The notes under the pieces: generated by a model | Seen by the model: only the letters and a program-made list of their open reading frames with translations | Database searches by the model: none | Told to the model about the DNA's origin: nothing | Origin: Nitrospina sp. | Lineage (GTDB): Bacteria > Nitrospinota > Nitrospinia > Nitrospinales > JACRGP01 | Length of the DNA: 64,000 bases | Direction: 5' to 3' | Assembly: GCA_024648695.1 (NCBI GenBank) | Contig: JACAVV010000032.1 | Span: forward strand, 1-64,000 | Shown here: piece after piece, positions 59,498-64,000 of the stretch | Numbering within the stretch: position 1 is the first letter of the stretch | How the letters are laid out: the number at the start of each line of letters is the position of its first letter | Translations under genes and position numbers: made by a program

Positions 59498-60331
59498 TTA
59501 CCTCAAAACCAATCCTGCATAACCGACCACATGAGAAAGGTCTCCATTGACTTGTCCCGATGTCATGTAGTGAACCAATTCGCATCGCGTTGCCCCCAAC
59601 TGCTTAACGGCTTGCATCATGACCGTAACCGGATGAATACCACACATGCTGATTTTCTCTTTGCGAACGGTTTCGAACAAGGCACGTTCATCCAATTGCA
59701 ACATGTGATCTATTGCTTTGTGGTCTTTCTGACAAGCGCTGTCATGCGATTCGAAATGCGTCATGTCGGAACTCGCTACCAGCAATACGGGACGACCCAC
59801 CTGGCGAATGGCGTCAACAAGGGCCTGGCTCACGAGACGGCTTTTTTCAAAATTGAGTTTCATGAACACCAGAGGAACCATACGAATGTTTTTTTGAAAA
59901 AATTGCAAAAAGGGCAATTGCGTTTCCAGCGAATGCTCCCCGACATGAGCCCTGTCGTCGGACCTAATCAGGGGTGAGGCTTTCAGAATCATGCCGGCCA
60001 ATTCTTCATCAATGGAGACCTCTCCCATGGGCATGGACCAGGTACCTTTCGGCATCAGGGAAATATCGGCACCCTGCCCGGTATGATTGGGTCCCATCAA
60101 AATCACGGTGTCTGGAATTTCAATTTGAGAATATACCGAACCGGCCACGTCTCCCGAATACATAAATCCGGCATGAGGCACAACAATCCCCAAAGCGGGG
60201 GATTTTGCGGCTTCAGGTTCAATATGGCTTGCAACATCTTCGCGAAGGGATTGAGGGTCTTTCGGATAAAAGCTACCTGCTACAGCTGGACTGCGATTCA
60301 TGGCATCCTCCAAAAATTGGAAGGGACTCAA
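59498..60331 (-). CDS. MEMO1-family protein (AmmeMemoRadiSam system protein B homolog).
   Basis: It has the VAGSFYP N-terminal block, the HAGFMYSG and GPNHTG blocks, and the C-terminal GIHPV segment. It is about 270 aa. Confidence 0.7.
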   Translation of the reverse strand: MSPFQFLEDAMNRSPAVAGSFYPKDPQSLREDVASHIEPEAAKSPALGIVVPHAGFMYSGDVAGSVYSQIEIPDTVILMGPNHTGQGADISLMPKGTWSMPMGEVSIDEELAGMILKASPLIRSDDRAHVGEHSLETQLPFLQFFQKNIRMVPLVFMKLNFEKSRLVSQALVDAIRQVGRPVLLVASSDMTHFESHDSACQKDHKAIDHMLQLDERALFETVRKEKISMCGIHPVTVMMQAVKQLGATRCELVHYMTSGQVNGDLSHVVGYAGLVLR

Positions 60332-60338
60332 AGACCTT

Positions 60339-60950
60339 TTATTTTCTCACTTCTCCAGTCATGGGCACAAACACCACGCCCGCCAGGTATTCTTTTTTAA
60401 GGCCTTTGGAGGTTTTGGTGATCCGCAAAAGATCTTGCGAAAACGGTTTGTCGCCCAGAGGTAAAACGATACGTCCCCCTTCTTTCAGTTGTTCAACAAG
60501 GGGCTTCGGAATTTCCGGAGTGGCGGCTGTGATCAGGATCGCATCAAAAGGAGCCTGTTCGGGCCACCCCTGATACCCATCGCCATGCTTCACATGGATA
60601 TTTGTATAATTCAAGTCGGCTAATTTGCGTTTGGCCTGTTGCGCAAGCGATTCAACGATTTCGATAGTGTACACCTCCCGCGCTATTTCACCCAGCACTG
60701 CGGCCTGATAGCCCGATCCGGTTCCAATTTCCAAAACACGATCGGTAGAATTCAACTGAGCATTTTCGCTCATAAGCGACACGATATAGGGTTGAGAAAT
60801 GGTCTGGTTTTCACGAATGGGAAGAGCCGCGTCAGAATAGGCACGATACCGGCTTTCCTCCTCCACAAATAGGTGCCTGGGAACGCGCAACATGGCCGAA
60901 AGCACAGCAGGATCCGAAATACCGCGGGCACGGATCTGCTGTTCCACCAT
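60339..60950 (-). CDS. pcm: Protein-L-isoaspartate O-methyltransferase. The start was chosen at the ATG at 60950 (203 aa), which is collinear with E. coli Pcm; a longer membrane-anchored form from 61124 or 61148 cannot be excluded.
   Basis: It has the SAM-binding VLEIGTGSGYQAAVL block, an ISQPY block and DAI..TAA, and it aligns end-to-end with Pcm. The upstream in-frame extension would overlap ORF 61045-61485. Confidence 0.75.
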   Translation of the reverse strand: MVEQQIRARGISDPAVLSAMLRVPRHLFVEEESRYRAYSDAALPIRENQTISQPYIVSLMSENAQLNSTDRVLEIGTGSGYQAAVLGEIAREVYTIEIVESLAQQAKRKLADLNYTNIHVKHGDGYQGWPEQAPFDAILITAATPEIPKPLVEQLKEGGRIVLPLGDKPFSQDLLRITKTSKGLKKEYLAGVVFVPMTGEVRK

Positions 60951-61044
60951 TCGTTTTCTATCTGATTCGTAATCGTTGGACAAAACGGGACGGGCTCCCG
61001 ATGTTAAGGAAAGAATACCCGCTATCAGGGAAACAACAAGGACA

Positions 61045-61485
61045 TTAAAAGGAAAGGCCGTTATTTCTGAGCCATGCGTCCGAGTCGAAATCCCGATTGA
61101 GAAATTCCTGAAACTCAATTTCATTTTTGGAAAGCCTGTTTCCGTCAATGTACTGGGAAGGATTATTCGTTTTCTTTTTCTTGAGGCGCTGTAACGGCTT
61201 TTTTTCTACCATGTCATCGGGTTTCTCAGGAGACAGGGAATCGGTCAAGGTTTGCAAACTGAGAACCAAAACCATAAAACTTTCCAGACAGACCTTGTCC
61301 TTTGCACTCAATTCACTGACGATCTTTCTAACTTTTTCAGATTTCATTACAGCTTCGGTAATGGCTTTGGACAGTTTTTCAAAATCTCGTTCTGCACCTT
61401 CCGGATCATTCACGGAACCACTCCTTGTTGGAAAAAGAATTATTTTGCTTTGAACTCTTTTATTATAACTCTTATTGGAGTCCAT
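61045..61485 (-). CDS. Hypothetical charged protein (146 aa).
   Basis: The ORF has no recognisable motifs and is lysine- and glutamate-rich, with a coiled-coil-like centre. Confidence 0.35.
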   Translation of the reverse strand: MDSNKSYNKRVQSKIILFPTRSGSVNDPEGAERDFEKLSKAITEAVMKSEKVRKIVSELSAKDKVCLESFMVLVLSLQTLTDSLSPEKPDDMVEKKPLQRLKKKKTNNPSQYIDGNRLSKNEIEFQEFLNRDFDSDAWLRNNGLSF

Positions 61486-61533
61486 TAGAAACTTTATTTG
61501 GAAAATGCTGTTTCTGAAAAGGACTCTTCAGCA

Positions 61534-61566
61534 CGAAAAAAGGCCCCACAAATGTGGGGCCCAACT
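61534..61566 (-). terminator. Rho-independent terminator on the minus strand (GGGCCCCAC-attt-GTGGGGCC followed by TTTTTTC).
   Basis: It has a perfect 8-9-bp GC stem, a 4-nt loop and a run of six T residues. Confidence 0.8.
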
Positions 61567-61595
61567 GATGGTATGGGAGCTTCTGAAACGTTACG

Positions 61596-61658
61596 TTAAC
61601 GGGCCGCTCCGGAAGCACCCCAAATACTATCACTAGACAAGGGATCACCTCCTTTCAT
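61596..61658 (-). other. Short ORF (14 aa from TTG 61640, or 20 aa from ATG 61658: MKGGDP-L-SSDSIWGASGAAR) preceded by a 13-nt perfect Shine-Dalgarno (GAAAGGAGGTGATCC) and followed by the terminator. It is a candidate small protein or leader-peptide gene.
   Basis: The + strand reads GGATCACCTCCTTTC, which is identical to the 3' end of 16S rRNA. A TTG lies 7 nt after the SD, a TAA follows 14 codons later, and the terminator lies about 30 nt after the stop. Confidence 0.35.
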
Positions 61659-61858
61659 CAGGGGGCCAACAATGACGGAAAAAGACTCCCCTGGCGCCTC
61701 AATCCGCTCTTTTCAAAATATAGATTGAACCACATTGGTTCAAATGTCAAATCGATTTTTTATGAGATTTTTATTCTTGAAATAAGAGGTATGTGAGTGG
61801 ATTGCTACTCATGAGCAGATGGGAATAATTCCATTATAAATGCAAATAATAAATCCCA

Positions 61859-62131
61859 TTAGAGGTTGGTGCTGGTATCGTATTTCTCGATCAGTTTTAT
61901 GAATTCCCGGTTGGTCCAGGAATCTTTGTAAGGAATATTCAAAGTATCTTCATAATCCGCATTCTTCTTGAGGAACTCTTCCCAATCGTCCACATTATCG
62001 CGTATCTCGCCAATTCCGGCAGGGCGTCCGCACCGGCAGATGTTGCCTTTGTGGTTGGAGGGCAACAAGCAATTTCCAACACATGCCATCAAGGGCCATT
62101 TGGTCTGCAGGATTTCCAGTGGAGAATTCAT
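61859..62131 (-). CDS. Small Cys4 protein (C-x3-C...C-x-C), tandem paralog A.
   Basis: It is 90 aa with the motif WPLxxCxGxC...CxCxRPxGIGE...W(E/D)(E/D)F..KN..YE..IP..SW..RE, shared with the upstream paralog. Confidence 0.5.
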   Translation of the reverse strand: MNSPLEILQTKWPLMACVGNCLLPSNHKGNICRCGRPAGIGEIRDNVDDWEEFLKKNADYEDTLNIPYKDSWTNREFIKLIEKYDTSTNL

Positions 62132-62379
62132 TTCTCGTTCTTTGAAAACATTTTGCGGTATTCTCTATAGGACCAGGAGCCAGGGTGAGGGATTCCTATT
62201 CTACCTTCATACTGATCGTTTTTTTCTACAAAGTCTTCCCAATCGTTCTTCATTTCACCAATGCCCCGGGGCCGACTGCAAATGCAATAAAAACGGTTTT
62301 GCCGTTCGGGGTATTCGCAAAAACCAAAGCAAGGTGACAACGGCCAATGCCGGACCAGAATGTTGGCTTCTTTTTTCAT
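62128..62379 (-). CDS. Small Cys4 protein, tandem paralog B; overlaps paralog A by 4 bp.
   Basis: It is 83 aa, has the same conserved skeleton as 61859-62131, and is translationally coupled to it. Confidence 0.5.
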   Translation of the reverse strand: MKKEANILVRHWPLSPCFGFCEYPERQNRFYCICSRPRGIGEMKNDWEDFVEKNDQYEGRIGIPHPGSWSYREYRKMFSKNEK

Positions 62380-62525
62380 CAGGAAACTATGGTTCGTTGA
62401 CAGAATGAATTATCACTATAAATTATTCCAGTTTTTTCGTATTCTGTAAACTGAGTAAATGGACAGGACGGATTTCCCTTTCAAAACTTCAATGATCCTT
62501 TTCGCGGAACTCCCTTTTAATTCTG

Positions 62526-63050
62526 ATGCATTGCCCATCCTGCAAACAAAATCTGGTAAAAAATAAAGTCGTTGGAATTTCAGTATATTTCTGTTCCGGA
62601 GGGTGCGGCGGCCTTTGGTTCGGCAAGGATCAATTAAAAAAATTGCCTGAACGTCTTCCTGCATCGGGTGTCTCCTTGTTGGAACTGGACCGGGCGGAAG
62701 GGATTAAAACGTTTCGCAATGTAGAACACATTTGCCCCTATTGCGAGACCACCTTGCTGTACCGACATTTTTTCAGCAAACAGTGGGAATTCGAAGTGGA
62801 CCAGTGTTCCAAGTGTGGCGGCATCTGGATTGATGTCGGCCGTCTACCTAATATTCTTCAATCCGGTGCACCTGAAGAACAAAAGGTTCAACAGGTTAAG
62901 CTGTATATTAAAACATTTTTCGATGAAAAACTGCTTATGATGGATATAGGCAAATTCGATGTACTGGAAGCGGCCCTGGCTATTCAGACTATTTTCCTGT
63001 TCCTTTGCCCCTACGGCCATATCCCCAAAGACAAATTGTTAAGCATTTAG
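62526..63050 (+). CDS. Double zinc-ribbon protein (zf-TFIIB-like 'transcription factor zinc-finger' type).
   Basis: It has two CPxC...CxxCGG-(L/I)W(F/I) modules (MHCPSCKQ..CSGGCGGLWF; CPYCET..CSKCGGIWID). Confidence 0.6.
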   Translation: MHCPSCKQNLVKNKVVGISVYFCSGGCGGLWFGKDQLKKLPERLPASGVSLLELDRAEGIKTFRNVEHICPYCETTLLYRHFFSKQWEFEVDQCSKCGGIWIDVGRLPNILQSGAPEEQKVQQVKLYIKTFFDEKLLMMDIGKFDVLEAALAIQTIFLFLCPYGHIPKDKLLSI

Positions 63051-63071
63051 TAACCAGACCTGCAAGGATTT

Positions 63072-63641
63072 ATGACTCAACAAGTTCCCCGCGACCGAAA
63101 AAGTATTGAAGCCAATAAACAGAATTTAATGGTGGCCGATTTAAAAGGTGTCGATCTCCGCAAGGCAGATCTCAGCAAGGCCAATTTACACCGGGCCAAT
63201 CTTCAACAGGCCAACCTGAAAGAATGCAATTTAACTCGGGCCGATCTGATAGGTTGTGATCTGCGCCAGGCTGATTTGACAGGGGCCGATTTGCGCGGAG
63301 CCAATCTTCCCATGAGCAATCTCAATGATTCCAGACTGGATGGCGCCGATATTCGTGGAGCCGATTTCAGCGAAGCGGATTTGCGAGGGGTTTCCCTGGC
63401 CCGGCTCGATTTAAAACACGCCAATCTCCGGGGTGTTAATTTGAGTGGTGCCCGGCTTGAAGGGCTTGATTTGCATAATGCCGATTTGCGTAAGGCAAAT
63501 TTGAGCGGAGCCCATTTGAAAAATGCCAGACTGGAAAAAACCGATCTCCGGGGAGCAGATTTAAGGGATGCTCAAGGGCTTACTGCAAGTCAGATTCAAC
63601 CAGCCCTCATCGACAACGAAACCATCTTGCCTGAAATATAG
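63072..63641 (+). CDS. Pentapeptide-repeat protein.
   Basis: It has more than 25 consecutive A(D/N)LxxANLxx pentapeptide units. Confidence 0.85.
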   Translation: MTQQVPRDRKSIEANKQNLMVADLKGVDLRKADLSKANLHRANLQQANLKECNLTRADLIGCDLRQADLTGADLRGANLPMSNLNDSRLDGADIRGADFSEADLRGVSLARLDLKHANLRGVNLSGARLEGLDLHNADLRKANLSGAHLKNARLEKTDLRGADLRDAQGLTASQIQPALIDNETILPEI

Positions 63642-63917
63642 AGTTTTCCCCTAATCCGTCTTTTAGTCCAGTTCATCCCAAAATGGGAAATTTAAATCCA
63701 ATTTCGGAACTCATTTCCATATTGAGATAGATCCAAAGTCTCCCCTCACAATCCATCGCCTTTTTCATAAAAAAAGTTGGAGCTCTAACCAGGCCAAAAT
63801 GAACAGTTTTCATGTCCATTTCGCGCTACCGTCGACAAAATTAGTGTGCCGAGCCCAAATTGGTACAGGGATTGCTCTTAGTTAAGCAAACCTTATTTAT
63901 CGCAATGGGAGGCCGTC

Positions 63918-64000
63918 ATGATGAACGAAAATAATCAAAACCAACACGAAAACCCCAAAAATTCAGATTCGGTTTCTTTGCAGGAAGTTTCCAGCTACCT
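63918..64000 (+). CDS. 5' end of an ORF that runs off the window (MMNENNQNQHENPKNSDSVSLQEVSSY..).
   Basis: It is an open frame from an ATG to the window edge and cannot be assessed further. Confidence 0.2.
   Translation, partial: MMNENNQNQHENPKNSDSVSLQEVSSY

Noticed and set aside
60951-61148. N-terminal extension of pcm, which gives the 269-aa track ORF starting at a TTG
   Set aside because: The canonical 203-aa form aligns end-to-end with Pcm, and the extension starts at a non-ATG codon. It is kept as an alternative rather than annotated.

Overview
The window is 64 kb of chromosome from a Gram-negative bacterium with a respiratory lifestyle (cbb3-type oxidase, c-type cytochromes, hopanoid HpnH, PEP-CTERM/exosortase); the lineage cannot be assigned from sequence alone. 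It opens with a CRISPR array of nine 37-bp repeats ending in ATTGAAAC and eight 33-35-bp spacers. The array runs off the left edge, and no cas genes occur anywhere in the 64 kb. Most other genes are ordinary housekeeping or envelope functions:

- a conserved tesA / ybbA-ybbP ABC module and a YbiB-like TrpD2 protein;
- an OmpR/histidine-kinase pair, nupC plus a yjjX-like NTPase, and the ycjX-ycjF pair;
- a flotillin-like SPFH protein, a giant FG-GAP/Calx-beta surface protein, and the complete NAGGN osmoprotectant trio (asnO, ngg, M42 peptidase);
- CBS-GGDEF, U32 peptidase, HpnH, pcm, and a MEMO1-like protein.

Loci worth a second look:

1. an exosortase-EpsI fusion gene immediately followed by a VIT+vWA protein ending in a textbook PEP-CTERM signal and by a 514-aa polytopic membrane protein, preceded by tandem sigma-54-like boxes;
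2. a 7.2-kb cassette (single-ORF CcoN-CcoO-CcoP oxidase, CaCA exchanger, NhaA) bracketed by 118-bp direct repeats copied from the 5' end of the SPFH gene, which leave a 36-codon relic;
3. a probable light-response neighbourhood: a CarH/LitR-type MerR-B12 regulator with a palindromic divergent promoter, a DUF523/DUF1722 gene and a photolyase, all facing a long minus-strand operon of three FGE-family paralogs, two monoheme cytochromes c and small secreted proteins;
4. smaller oddities: an orphan phage GemA-like gene, a pair of 21-bp inverted repeats with internal half-copies in front of a terminator-backed small gene, a short ORF with a 13-nt perfect anti-16S Shine-Dalgarno plus operator and terminator, and tandem Cys4 mini-protein paralogs.

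Coordinates were derived by hand and may be off by 1-2 bp. The supplied ORF track accepts GTG/TTG starts, so several N-termini were re-picked.
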